NCBI GenBank assembly: GCA_003427395.1
Contig: BFEA01000026.1
Coordinates: 1,894,880 to 1,958,879, forward strand
Length of the DNA: 64,000 nucleotides
Reading direction: 5' to 3'
Source: Chara braunii
Taxonomy: Eukaryota; Plantae; Charophyceae
The position numbers were made by a program, and so were the translations under genes. The notes under the pieces were generated by a model, which worked only from the letters and a program-made list of their open reading frames with translations, made no database searches and was not told the origin of the DNA. Every line of letters begins with the position of its first letter. Position 1 is the stretch's first letter. This document shows positions 26,409 to 39,672 of the stretch, one piece after another.

Positions 26409-26763
26409 GATGACTAATGGTAAGAATAAGGTTCGGGGTTCAAAACTTGCGGGGATGCAGACAAGGGCTGTGGAGAGATTGGTCATGTAGAGTTGGACCG
26501 GTTGGTTAGGGCTCTGCTTGGGGGGGGAATGGGCTACGAGTGGGATTTTTAACGGGGGTTCCGCTGGGGGGAGGGTAGGTAGGACATACTCCATTGGAGG
26601 ATATCGGTGGGGAACCTGCAGTAGGGGATCTTAGGGCTCCCATTAGGTAGGAGTATAGGTTGGACAAGGCTGCAGTGGAGGATATCGTTGGGGAACCTGC
26701 GCTAGAGGCTGTCTCAAGGGGTGAGGTGGTCTGCTGCCTGCATGGAGAACTCGAGAAGATTTT

Positions 26764-27070
26764 ATGATAGAGGTGGGGGAGGGGATGGTGGCCGTGAACC
26801 CACCGAGGATGGAAACTAGAGATACTTTGGGGGAAGATAAAAAATTAGAACGACTAGAAGCCCAGTGGATGATAGAGGTAGGGAAGCGGACGTTGGCCGT
26901 GAAAGCCTGCTGAGGACGGAAACTGGAGATGCTCTAGGTAAGAACAGAAGAGCACAGAAGTGAAGATAATAACCAGAGGGGTCCAGAGTAGGTCGAGTTG
27001 ATGATAGAGTTGGGGTGGCGGATGGTGGCCGTGAGCCCACTGAGGACGGAAACTAGAGATACTCTGGTCC
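26764..27070 (+). repeat. Three spaced copies of a ~60-bp motif
   Basis: ATGATAGAG...GGCCGTGA...GAGGA(T/C)GGAAACT(A/G)GAGAT at ~26764, ~26871 and ~27001; probably inside a decayed retroelement. Confidence 0.7.
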
Positions 27071-29392
27071 AATAGGAAAGGGTTCACCTGTGGGACTTGT
27101 AGTAGAATGTCTACCCCTAGTGCCTGAAGTACCTGTACGACAGGGCTTATCCGGTTAAGCTTCAATTAGGGCTGAGGAGGGAGGTGAGGACCTGCTTAGC
27201 CGTGATGCCTATAACCGCTGTCCGGTCAGGTCACTAGAAAGAGTGATGATCCTGGGTGGTAAGAACACTGAGGTAGGACCTTGGGAAGTTGGGAGTAGGG
27301 GTGCGCCGTGGTCCGGCGACAATAATGAGAGTTAGGGTGGGAGGGAGTCTCATAGGGGGCCTGCATAGTTCATCTGGATAATCAAATGGCCAACTGCTGA
27401 AGGACCTGTCATATGCCTGGTATCCAACCTCTACAACAACCTGGAAAAAAAAAAAAAAAAAAAAAAAGATGAGTGCAAGCTGGAGACCGAGGCAACGGCT
27501 TACAGTGGTTTCAACTTTGAAGAGGCCTGGTGTGGCGTAAGGATGGGAAAAGGCATCCATCACAGGGAGCGGTACACAGTCTGGAATTGGTCACGTTGGT
27601 TGGGGCAGGAGCTCGGGCGCCCCAGTTGATCGAAGTTAGGCCGGTGTCAGACCATGATGGTAGGTCGGTGTAGAATCTGTAGATGCAGGTACTAAGGGGT
27701 AGGGGTAGGTAGAGGAGTATGGCTGGGGATAACTGTTGGTGGTAGTAAGATGGTTATAATCAGTGTGAGCTTGAGTTGCTGCATGATTCGACCAGTCGGT
27801 CAAGGTTAGGCTGGCGCCAAGCCACGGTAGGTCTGTGTACATGTAGGTAGCGGGAAGGGGGTAAGGTAGAGGAGTATGTTGTAGCTAGGGTTAACTGTTT
27901 GTAGAAGTAAGACGGTTATAATCAGTCTGATCTTGAGTTATGGCATGGTGTTGAGTTCATATTAAGGCGTAGCTGAGTACTAACACTGTCAATATTCATC
28001 TGGGTAGAATCGTGAGGTCCCCGGCCTAGAAGATCGTTTGAAGTTTGAACACCAGTTTCCATGGAAAGTCGGGTGAGATGCAGATGGCTTTGAGCAACCA
28101 GTGCCTTCCCGGCTATTTTGTTCCGATGTGGCGGTTACCATGCCGCGTCCTTATGGGCCCGGCCTACTGGACAGAAATGGTTGGTGGCGGGAGGCAAAAA
28201 AAAGAACTTGCGCCTGCTCCGGCTCGTTTTTCTACTGTCATGCAGCAGAAATGCGGGTCGGGAGAAAGAGGGTCCCACGTACCTGGCTGAAAATTTTGCC
28301 TTGCAAAAAAATACAGACGTCATGCATGCATGACTCGCCTAGAGGGACCTTTTAAGAGGAAAGATGGGTAGTTCATTTTTGATATGATGAGCATTGGTGA
28401 CAGTTCACTTTCGAATTCGAATGCCGGCCTTGGAAAAATGCACTCACAGCAACGAACACCATTGGCTGGGTGGGTGGAAAACAGGTGGCCGAACGGGCAG
28501 ACGGAATGGACAAGAGATTAAGATTCAGATATAATAGGACTTCTTTTGGAGATTTGAAGTTGGAATCGAATACGATGAAGCGTGCTCAGCTTACTCAGGC
28601 ATAGAAGTATGTGATGAGGATGAAACGTTTGAAGCCTCGGTGAAGGTCGCTTTCTCATGGTAGATTCGGCTACAGCAGAGGAGTCGCAGAGGAGTGGCAG
28701 AGCTCGCACAGGGGAAACAAGAAAGAAAGATAGAAAGAGAGAAAGATAGAAAGATCTTCCAGCTGAAAAAAAGGTAAAAAAGGGCCTACCATTGAGCTAC
28801 AATCGCATATATGACATGAGTGTAAGAGGTGGTCTAGGACCAAAAGGGGAAAAAAAAAGAACCAAGTTCATCCAACTACATTTTGACGAAAGACTTGAAA
28901 AAGTGGGTTCCGAATAGGCAAAAAGAACATGTAAGAATTTGACTGTCTTTGAGGACACCGCACGCAACCCATGCCGCTGGCCTGGCGGAAACAGTGTTAG
29001 CACTGATTCCATTTTTCCTCTCGTGGAAGCAGCCAGGCACAATTTCGAAGTCGTGAAGCACGGTCCGATGACTCCAATCAGGAAGTCGTCTGTTGCACAG
29101 CCCGCTCCAATTAATTTTCCACTCCAAATAGGCAAAAAGAACATGCACCGGCAGGTCACTGATGCACCAAGTCCGAAAAGGCAATAGAAGAGGTGGGCCA
29201 TTTTCTAATAAGTGCGGATGTCTAATAAGCGCAGATGCTGCAATGCAATGACTACACGGGTGGGCACTGGTGTGCAGCGGGCCTGAGACGACCAAAAGAA
29301 AATGCCGCTATTTATTATTTAAAGCCTATTTTTGCTTTTTTTGCACATTCCAAACTGCCACCGCTCTTTCGTTTTTTCTTTTTGTTTTTTTA

Positions 29393-29451
29393 GTGTGGTC
29401 CGATGGACCACGTATCAGATATTAAACTGATCAGAACAGATACTACACTTG
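29393..29451 (-). pseudogene. Internal U2 snRNA fragment (branch-point recognition region and stems IIa/IIb), retrocopy
   Basis: Minus strand CAAGTGTAGTATCTGTTCTGATCAGTTTAATATCTGATACGTGGTCCATCGGACCACAC plus A-rich tail. A 21-bp direct repeat TTTTGCACATTCCAAACTGCC flanks it at 29339-29359 and 29455-29475. Confidence 0.9.
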
Positions 29452-29705
29452 CTGTTTTGCACATTCCAAACTGCCCGTGTGACAAAAACTGCATTTAGTG
29501 TTTTTTGTGCCTATTCAGAACTCGATCTTGACTGAGGCGCAGTTGTTTCAGAAAAAAAGTTTCCTAGGACTTTGAGAAACAAGCCCTTTCCTGGGGGAGG
29601 GGAAACAACTCAAATTACTGGAATGTTCTGCAACCTTTCACCATATGGATTTTCGGATATTTCAACAATGATTTGGCAGGGGGGAAAGGGAAGAGGGAAG
29701 AGGGT

Positions 29706-29776
<71 letters not shown>

Positions 29777-29810
29777 TAATGTTGGAAAAGGACAGAATTG
29801 GCTCTGTCCT

Positions 29811-29909
29811 GGGGCAAGGTCCCACTTGCACGGATTAGGAGATTGCGGCCGTTGATCTTCGCTATCGACGGTCAATATGGCTTAATTTGTGCAAGTGGGA
29901 CCTAGCCCC
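29811..29909. mobile_element. Short MITE with GGGGCAAGGTCCCACTTGCAC TIR (Harbinger-like)
   Basis: Inverted termini visible. Related GGTCCCACT-type hairpins at ~37479-37590, ~48177-48345 and ~49688-49857. Confidence 0.65.
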
Positions 29910-32900
29910 TGGGGAAAGGTCCCACGTAAGCAAATTCTTCATTCCTGGGGACGAGTCCGGATGACATTGATGCAAGGGTGAATCTGGTGATGGGCCGATA
30001 CTTGACCGCTTTCATGCAAGGTGACACTGGGTGGACCTTGACAGTAAAGCCTAATAACACTGTTTGCAGTTCAAGTTGATGTTCTTTACTTTGTTGCTGT
30101 TGGTCTGCCTAACCAATGGTCAGAAAGGAAGAGAGTCCAAAGACTCCAAACATCGCACAGCATCCATATAACACAGAACTCACACCAGGATGATGGACAC
30201 TGGCAGTATGAGACTCAGGGCCTTGCTCCATTGCTCACCAAATGTGCAAAATGGCAATGAATTTTCTGCTAGGACATGGGAAGATACATTGCCATAATTT
30301 TTGTCTTTGAATTTGTGCATAGGGTGAGTACACTGAGTAGTGGAGAGTGGCTCTCTGAGAGCTTTGTGGGCCCAGAATCCACTACCTAAGGCTGCTAAGC
30401 AGCAAGATAACCTCCATATTAAATTTGGGTCCACTATCGATTGCCAGTTGTGTATTCTTCATCCGGAAGTTCACAGCTGAGAATCCGTATCCCTCGTCTT
30501 GAGGATTGACAATCAATAGCCATTGTCTCGCTGGCTGAAATCAATATCCATCCTAATAACTGCTGTCAAATTCAATCAGTGTCCGTCATTGTCTCTGCTG
30601 ATAATCAATGGCCTCACCTTTGGTTGCAAAGTGCGTCAGTTTAGCTCCAATTTGGGTCCAATTTGGGCCCAATTTGGTTCAAATGTGGGGTTCAGATATG
30701 GTTCCATTGCATTTTCAAGTATGCAAAAAAATTGAGTTTGCCCTGCGATCTCAGCACATTCCTGGCCCCAGTACGCCCACCCTCTACCAGTACAAGGAAG
30801 CAGCACAAGCTCACCCACATGAGCCAACCCAATTAGCAGTCATCAAGACGATGGATCTGGAGTCTGGACTGCTGGAGCCGATTCCCTTTAATACCTGTGT
30901 CACTGTGTGAGCCAATGTCCACACCGTCAAAGACATTGGCAAGCACATCCCCGAGGACCCAGAAGTCAACGGGAACAAGTATGGACGCGACAGGATTAGA
31001 AGTTTGCAAAGGCAAAAAAAAACACACGCCTGTGGAGAAAACAGCCACCGAGTTTGAAAATGCAATTTCGGTAGAAAAGGATCCATTGGGTGTTTTTTCT
31101 TCGTCTTTCCCTGCGTCACACCACGGCCCACTCCTGTAGTTATGACACTCGGCCTGACACCACGGCCATCCATTGCATTTTCGAACTCGGTGGCTGTTTT
31201 ACTTGCGGGCGCCATGCGTTTTTTTTCGTGCACTAGAAACTCAGAGGTGACATCACCATAGTTGCCCCAAAAAATATTCCGATTCTCTGTCAATGGAAGG
31301 CAACCAGTGCCAACCACCACAAAAAAAACTCAGGAAAAAGAAGAGGAAAAAAGAGATGGCGATGTTGTCATATTGGCTGCCTCGAGTAGGCCATTGACAG
31401 CAGTATTGACAGCTGTGTGGCTCTCTTTTTTTTTTTTTTTTTTTTTGGTGTTAAGAGTGAATGTGTCCTAGGATGCATGACAACATAGACAAAGCCATGT
31501 GGGCCCACTTCATATAGCTCCCCACTATATTCCTGACAAGCAAACCATGGCGAAAGTAAATGGTGTGAACCAGCCTTAGTCTTAGAGAGTGCCTACATTG
31601 GGAGGGGGGAGACAGTAGAAATGATCAAAGACATTGTGGAGATCGTAATTAGAGCCCGATGGAATAAAACGTGCCAACAGGGGCGGAAGGTGAGCAAGCG
31701 CGCGTGATAGCGCTAACATTGGTGCCATGGAAAGGGAGATGGGGGCCCGACGAACGCGGGCGTTGCTGTGGTGTGGCCGCACGCTTCCGGGAAGGCGCGT
31801 GGACGCTGCTGGTGGGTGCACTGGCGAGGCGTGAGGGCATGCGCAGCGAGTGCAGCTGACAGAGTGGGTGGCCGCACATTGTGGGCCAGGAGCATGCTGT
31901 TGGCAGCGTCGTGTACGTGTGTGCTGCTGGCTGGTGAGCGGGTGTGGCAGTCACTTGATGACTGGCCATGCCGCCACGTCAGTGGTGACTTGGCGTCGTC
32001 GTCTTCTGAACCTGGGGCGGGTGTTGGCTAGTTGCGAAGATTTTTGTGGGAGGATTACAAGGCGAGAACGTGGAATACTAACGTCACTTGATATTTTCTG
32101 TCCTTTGAAAGCACTTTGTGCCATCTCGCTGCTTCGCGCTCCATTCGAGCGTACTACAGGCTAGCATGTCGAATGGAGGGGAGCTTGCTGTTTTTTTAAG
32201 ATAAAAGCTCCTTGACGAATCACTCTCGCTCTTTTACTTGGGGGTTATAGTGGAGGGAGATCGGCTTGCCGTGAGGGGAGAAGAGAAGAGTGTTATCACG
32301 GGGAGTGGGACGATGATGGACGGAAGATACTAAGTGCGGAATCTGCGAGCCTTGCGACGGTCTCTGCAAGAGGAAGCTGCTTCGACTTGGGGACTTTCTT
32401 CTTCGGCTCGCCAGCGTGGTTTTCTCCTTTTCACCATTGGTGATGATCAACGCGGCTCATCTTCATCTTCATCAGCATATTCGTTGTCATCATCAAAATT
32501 GTTAGTGACAACCCTAATTATCGTCATCATCAGCAGCAGCAGCAGCATCATTTTCATCATCATCATCATCATCATCATCGTACGGCAGGTGTGATTGGGA
32601 GGGAGGGGGGGGGGGATAATTGTTCCACCATGTCCCTTCCTTTCTTTCTTCTCTTTCCTTTTCTTCTTCTACCTATCTCACTCTCCTCCTTCTTATCCTT
32701 CTCCTTCTTTTTATTCTTCTTATCCTTTCTTTCTTTTTTTCTCTAATGCTGATGCTCTTCCTCTGCTCTCGCCGGTTTGCTGCTTCAGTGTTCCGAGAGG
32801 GAACAAAGTCAATGGGACAACAATGTATGAAGTGGCAGGGAGGAAGAGTAGAGGAAGGGGTGGGGTGCACAGGGGGAAGGGGGTGAAGGAGGGAGATGAT

Positions 32901-33499
32901 GAGAGTGTGACTAGGGGTAATAGGGAGGTCATGAGGATAAGGATAGAATGAGGGAGAGGGGAGGGGGGGGGAGGGAGCTCACCTAGCTTACTGTGTCGAA
33001 ATCGTTGGATTTTTTCTGAGTCTTTTTCCTTGCGTTTATTCTCATCTAGCAGTTCTTATTAGGTACTATATTCCATGTGATCAATCTTTCCTCTAATTAC
33101 CAACGCAGTCTTCCTTATAACATCTTTAATTAATATCTGAACTTTTTTTCGACTTTTATCTTCGTTAATTAACATCCTAACTAAAATCTCAAAATATTCT
33201 TGACTATTCTCATCAACATACACTGGATTTCATGATAATTAGCCGGAATGGTATTTTTAATACCTAAAAATTCGAAATAATTAATCTATTATTATTAATT
33301 TATCTCTCCTGTTATCTATCAACTTAGTTTCACACATGTCACGTCTCATCTTCTTTTGGAATCTCCCATAAGTTTTCCCCAGTAATTGAGACTCGTTTCA
33401 ACCCCTTTTCAAAAAAAACAATGGATTTCTAAATTTCGCATGTTTTTTCTTTGTTCCTATTCCTTTTGTATCAATGATTCTTTCAAAACTTTTATAAGG

Positions 33500-34380
33500 G
33501 TTTCATGGAGGGGGTGAGCTCTGCTCTACACGGGCTTCACAAGGAGGGTAGTGAGTACTAGTGATGCTCGGGAGGGAGTATGAGCAGACTGTGAGGATAC
33601 TCTACTCTGGGGCTGGGGCAGATGTGAGGGTGAACATCAAACCTCAGCGGAGGCAGATTAGGGTATGGGGCATGCAGAGGAATACTTTGGGTGGGAACTG
33701 GGTTGTAGGGTGTGAGAATGGGACTGTTCCAAGTTGGGGCTGACGGGGAAGGTCTTCTTACTTCTAATTTCGACACTCTTTTGTCGGCGGAGGCAGCAAA
33801 GGGACAGGGTGGGGAACTGAGGAGGGGGGCAGGAAATTTTCAATCACTAACTTTTTCTGTACTGCGCAAGTGCCTGGGAGGCCGACAACTGTCTTTGAAA
33901 AAACAGGACAGGCGTAGTACATCCCTAAGTAGGCTAATTAGGCTATGTCCACATTAGCTGGCTGTAACACTCCCTGGGCGACATCTGGTTTCTTCTATCA
34001 TGGATAACAGGATTTCAGGGATAGCTGAATCCTGGCTGGTGTCTGCTAGAGTACTAGTGTTCTGAGCGCTTGGTTTGCCGATTCCAGAACGACGCTGGCC
34101 GGTGCTGGGGCGTTTGCCCTGTGACCTGTTGTAGAAGGAGCGTGAGACCTGGTAGAGAGATCTGGGGATTTGTCGAGGGAGGAAGGCAATCCAGTGGCGA
34201 ACTAGGAGGTACTGCCAAGACAACCTTTGAGGCTGGGTGTAGTTTTGGTAGTGAGAACACGACAATGATGGCAGGTATTGGGCAGGTTGATTTTATCTTT
34301 GGAGTGCTGAGTCTAGTTTAGGGGAAAGCTAGGAGTTGCTCGTGTAGGAAGGGGAGGAGGAGCAAGGTGAGGCAGTACTC
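33500..34380 (-). mobile_element. Decayed repeat, probably retroelement-derived; second diverged copy at ~35690-36080
   Basis: 33990-34230 aligns with 35730-35950 (shared TCTGGGGATTTGTCGAGGGAGGAAGGCAAT). Strand and class are tentative. Confidence 0.5.
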
Positions 34381-34461
34381 CTGTAAAAAAAATTTTCATC
34401 TCGCTTATAATTTTGGTGGGGGCCCTCAAATGCACCGTTACGACCACGACCTTTTTTTTTT

Positions 34462-35512
34462 GAAATAACTCCGCAGGTGACCGCTGCACAGTTTCGAATT
34501 CGCAGGAATAACAGTCCACTCCAAGCTTGGGTGAAGACAAGTTCGAAACTCCAAGCTTGGGCGAAGACAAGTTCGAAACTGCAAGGAAAAATGTGTTCGA
34601 TGGCCTACCGGAAACGCAGAGGGGCCCGACGAGATACAGGGAGTGAATCTTCGCTAGAACATGGAAAGATACAGCGCCATGATTTTTGTCTTTTGTGCAA
34701 AGGGGATACAGGGGCCCAACAAGATACACGGGCTGACAACAACGCAGGGGCCCAACGAAATACACGGGCTGACAACAACGTGATGCCTTGGCCACATCCG
34801 AGGTAAAAAAAAAGGAAAAAAAAAAAAAAGAAAGAGAGAGCATTCCGTCGTGTGGCTGGGCCACGGCCGCGATGCCTCGGCCACGGCCGAGATTTAAAAA
34901 AAAAAAAATAATAATGCAATTTCGCGGTGCATCTTTCCATGTTCTAGATTAAGATTCACTCTCGTTTTTTTTCTTTTTTTTTCAAGCACTGTCGCGTGGC
35001 TGGCCACTGCCGCGATGCCTCGGCCACATCCGAGGTAAAAAAAAGGGAAAAAAAAAAGAAAGAAAGAGAGAGCATCCCGTCGCGTGGCTGGGCCACGGCC
35101 AATCTTTTGTTGAAATGATTTATGAATTCGTTCTAAACTTAGTCAATGAACAAATAAGTGGTGTACCAGCAGTTAAACAACGATTTTTTCCTTTCATCTT
35201 TGTCACTTTTACTTTTTTGTTATTTTGTAATCTTATTGGCATGATTCCTTATAGTTTTACAGTGACAAGTCATTTTGTGGTCACCTTTGGTCTTTCATTA
35301 TCTCTTTTTATTGGGCTTACTATAGTGGGATTTCAAACTCATGGACTTTGCCTCGGCCACGGCCGAGATTAAAAAAAAAAAAAAAAAAATAATGCAATTT
35401 CGAATTTGTCTTCGCCCAAGCTTGGAGTTTCGAACTTGTCTTCGCCCAAGCTTGGAGTGGACTGTTATTCCTGCGAATTCGAAACTGTGCAGCGGTCACC
35501 CGCGGAGTTCTC
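34462..35512. mobile_element. Long-TIR (MULE-like) non-autonomous element carrying a mitochondrial atp6 fragment
   Basis: ~120-bp near-perfect TIRs (AACTCCGC(A/G)GGTGACCGCTGCACAGTTTCGAATTCGC...) with internal 29-bp repeats. Poly-T on both flanks is compatible with a 9-10 bp TSD. Confidence 0.8.
35101..35348 (+). pseudogene. atp6: NUMT: internal fragment of mitochondrial ATP synthase subunit a
   Basis: AT-rich island translating without stops to QSFVEMIYEFVLNLVNEQISG...FFPFIFVTFTFLLFCNLIGMIPYSFTVTSHFVVTFGLSLSLFIGLTIVGFQTHGL, typical plant/algal mitochondrial Atp6. Confidence 0.95.
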
Positions 35513-36789
35513 TTTTTTTTTTTTTCTGAGGGGGGTGACGGGTCGTTCTCCGCACAGTCGTGCGCTGCACGGGATCGGTTGGGCGCGTGCGCCGCACGTA
35601 GGGAACCGCCCGCACTACGTGCGCTTGCATGTATGTAATCAATCAATCAAAAAAAAAGAAAAAAAAAAAAAAGCTTTCTGGTGCTCTGGAATTTTTGGTG
35701 GCATCTGACCTTCTTCTTCATTAGGGATATAGGATTTCAGAGATGGGCGAATCCGGGCTGATAACTGCAGAGTTGCGTTGTTCTGAGCCCCTGGTTTGCC
35801 GATGCCAGACCGACGCTGGCCGGAGTTGGGGCGTTGCCCTGTCACCTGCAAATGGCAGGAGTGTGAGGCCTTGTAGAGAGGTCTGGGGATTTGTCGAGGG
35901 AGGAAGGCAATCTAGTGGCGAACGGGGGGGGGCACTGCCTTGACAACCTATGGGTCCAGGGTTAGTCTAGGTGGCGAGAACAAGTCGGCTTTGGTTGATG
36001 TCGTCTAGGACGGCATCGCCTGTGAGATGGAATGTCCTGGTACACGGAAGGCTAGGAGTCGTTCTAGAATTAGGAGGCCAGATTTGCTGATACAGCATAC
36101 ATACTAATCTCCATCATCTTTAGTATCATTATCTCATAGAATCAGCAGAAGTTCATCATCATCATTATTATCGTCATTATAATCATCATCATATGAGGGA
36201 CACTGAGCCCGGTTCTCGGCATGTTCGGTTCGGTTACTCCGGATAGACTGTGAGGACCCCGGCCTCAATTTTCTTATTTGTCATATCAGCCTTCGGCACT
36301 GGGCCCGGTTAAAAAAGGAAAAAAAAGAAAAAAAAGAAAAAAGAAAAGAAAAGAGCCCGATGGAATAGGACGGTGCAAGCAATGAAACCTCTCGCCATGA
36401 AACTTGATATTACCCAATACGTAAATGAATTCTGCATGGACTGGCTGGGGAGCCCGGAGCAAGGATAGCAAGGATTCAATGGGAACGCTAGCAATTGGAC
36501 GACAATCATCTGCTGGAGGCCTCACAGAAGGACTACCAACTGCACTTCAACAAATGGACTGCCGCCACTGATATACCACTCCTCCCCCCCCCTCTTCCAA
36601 TTTCCCAGACCTATTTCCCCTTCAAATAACACCCTGGTAGACCTTGGCTGGTACGGCAGTAAACAGGAGGAGCCCGTCCAGCAGGGCCAGAGTTAGGCTG
36701 GGCAAGACGAATAAAGGAGCAAAGGAATATGCCATCTGCCTCCAGTTGCCCCCTGGTCGCAGAGCCTGCCTTTTTCTACCCTCTAACAC

Positions 36790-36827
36790 CTGTCTCTTAT
36801 ACACATCTAGATGTGTATAAGAGACAG
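36790..36827. other. Nextera mate-pair junction adapter (two Tn5 mosaic ends), assembly artefact
   Basis: Exact CTGTCTCTTATACACATCT + AGATGTGTATAAGAGACAG. Confidence 0.98.
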
Positions 36828-38028
36828 ACCCTCTAACACTAGGTCCGGCCCCTCTATGGCACTGCTGACATGACCCCCCCCCCCCCCTCCCCCCCCCCCG
36901 ACCGACCAAGTGTTGGGGGCCTGCTAGTACGATATAGTGTGATCCGGCGTCCTGGATGCCCCCTGGTCGCCGAGCCTGCCTTTTTTTCTACCCTCTAACA
37001 CTAGGTCCGGCCCCTCTATGGCACTGCTGGTAAGGGCCCCCCCCCCCCCCCCCCAACCCCGACCGACCAAGGGTTGGGGGCCTGCTAGTAGGATATAGTG
37101 TGATCAGGCGTCCTGGAGAAGGACAGAAGAGGTTAACTCGTTCAGAGGCTGTGCAGTCAACCCCCCCACTCCTCTGGGGTAGTCAATGCTGGCAGCCAGG
37201 TCTGCATTCTTGTCCAAATCTCCGAATATACTGTATTGGGATGCTGCACCTGGTTTCCAGTAGGTGTACCTGGCCACCAATAGAATGGAGCACCCAGAGC
37301 AGCTACTAGGGGAGGCTGCCTGTATCACCCCCCCTAGTAACATGCCCTAAAAAAAAAAAAAAGGAAAAAGAAACAAGAAGGATACCGTTTGCAGCAGCGT
37401 TCAGCTTTTAGTGCTTTATTTGCTCCTAGGGGGACTCACGGACATTACGCACTCATGAATCACTTAGACCCAGCGCACAGGGACAAGGTCCAACATGCGA
37501 GGAGTTTTTTTGTTTCTGGCTGTTGATCTTTGTCATCTACGGTCATGTCCGGAAATGGAGAATGATCCAGGAAAGTGGGACCTTGGCCCGGGTCTGAATA
37601 TCTCACAGAAGAAGGGTTAAAAAAGAAAAAAAAAGACGACACCGGTGTGGTCCTGTCCCAAGTGGAGGAGATTACCACCGGATGGCTTTTGGATTCCTGC
37701 CGCATCAAATTGTACGGCTTAGTTTACTGGCACCGTTAGGGGCGTGTTTCATTTTTAAAAAAAATAAAAAATAAAACGGCTTAGTTTACTGGACGGCTCT
37801 TCTGGTCCCTTCAGGGCAGAAACACTCACTGGAAGCAGCCTGCTCCTGTCAATAGGGCCCTACTACAGAAGGGCTTCCTTTGTAAGTGGCCTGGGGTAGA
37901 GTACGTTCTAGCTGTAGATGACAGCACATTGCTGAGCTGATATTCAAATTTGACAAACAGTTTACAGACCCCATAAATACTTGGGGAGGCTGCTTATATC
38001 GCCCCTCCCCTAGTAAGCTAGAACAGGC

Positions 38029-38101
<73 letters not shown>

Positions 38102-38193
38102 GGACCATGACACCCCGGCCCACCTGAGTGTGAGTGTGTGTTTAGTCGCTTGGGCCCAAAGAAGAATCTCAGAACAGGGGAAATCCCCCAAGA

Positions 38194-38251
38194 GCCTAGC
38201 TCAGTGGGTGTACACCCATGAACTGCTGAAATGCAGATCCGAGTTCGAATC
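38194..38251 (+). mobile_element. tRNA-like SINE head
   Basis: GCCTAGCTCAGTGGGTGTACACCCATGAACTG...GAGTTCGAATC; same family as 9548-9615. A partial inverted copy lies at 38969-39001. Confidence 0.6.
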
Positions 38252-39672
38252 AAGTTGAAGGAACATGGTGAGTAAAACCACCTATTTCTGAATTGCCTGG
38301 GGCCGGTCAGCTCAATGATGATATCTCAAGGCCAAAAAGAAATCCAGAAAAAACGTGAAAAAAAAAGAGAAGAAAACGTGAATTGCCGCTCTCATAGGAT
38401 TTCCCGGGTTGTGAAAATGAGATCATCGTCGGTCCCCCCGAGTGGCATTGAGCAGAGACTGCTGATGTTCATAGGGGGAGGGGACCGGAGGGGAGGCACA
38501 GTGACTGGCCCATCAAAGAAGCTCGGTCCTGATGCTACCGGCTGACCCCTGGCCGGTATCGCCCACCTGCTGTAGCAGGTATCGCACCTGCTGGTGGGTG
38601 CAGCTCCCGCATGTTCCCTCGATGGAGGCTTGAGGGCGGATGTGGCTGCTACGGGGTTCCCTGTAATACTATAATGACAATAAAAAAGGCCTGAAAGGCC
38701 GTCCTGTCCAGATTTGACAGGTAATTGAATTGGTTGGGCTTAAAGAATTAGCCTTTGAAAAAAAAAAAAAAGAGATCATCTCTACCATCATGATAGCGCT
38801 ATAAGGTGCATCCAACTTCGAAAAAAAAAAAGGAAAGAAAAAGAAAGGTGCCTAGCCTGCGTGCAACTGATGGTATGTAACAGCTGTCTTGGGGGGAGTC
38901 AGAGCTGTGCAGCCCAGACGCTTCTGTCCAGGTAGTCCAGACAAGTTGCAAAATAAAAGATATGTGGACAGTTTATGGGTGTGTTCCAACTGAGCTAGGC
39001 CCGTTGATACTCCGGACTAGTTGGAAAAGACCCAAGCCAAAGTTTTTACATGGATGGGTTATTAGGGGCTGATCCGACCTCTCTTTTTTTTTGGGAAGAA
39101 CCAAAAAGAACCGGCTTGGGCGGGCCCGCCCCTTGAGGAAAGGAAAAGTGATTTTGGATCCCACTTGGGCGACAATGGCGGGACTTTCATGATTTTGGCG
39201 GCGTCCCAAGGGGAAAGGAACGTGCTGTCACACAGAGGAGAGGACAGCGTAGCCCACCGGATATTGAAAAGAAAAGAAAAAATGCCGGCCTTCTTTTTAG
39301 GAGCAGGGACGGTGCTGGCTTCTACCGATTTTGGCAAGTTCTTTTTCGCCAAGGGTCGCGGAACACCTGCCACGTACACGTTTGTTTTCACTCGCTGCCG
39401 AACTCGACGGGGAGACCTACAAACTCGGAAAGTAGTCGGATCCCGTGAAAACCAGTAGACTACGCTCCGTAGCAGTAGTCGGATCAGACCCTTAGCATGG
39501 TACTTAGGGTTCATCAAGTGGAGCTCTACGTTCAAGCATATTCATAGAAAGAGGTTATGGGCTGCATTGAAGGGTCTGAAGGTGTACAAAAGTGGGTTTA
39601 GAAAAGGGGGCCCAGTTCAGTGCAAAACAATGCGGACTTTTTTTTTTTTCTTTTTTTTTTTTCTTTTTGTTT

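Noticed and set aside
35115-35372. Functional nuclear atp6 gene
   Set aside because: Internal fragment only, with no targeting peptide or splice signals, and embedded in a repeat.
36790-36827. Natural 38-bp perfect palindrome or Tn5 insertion
   Set aside because: Exact match to the Nextera mate-pair junction adapter.
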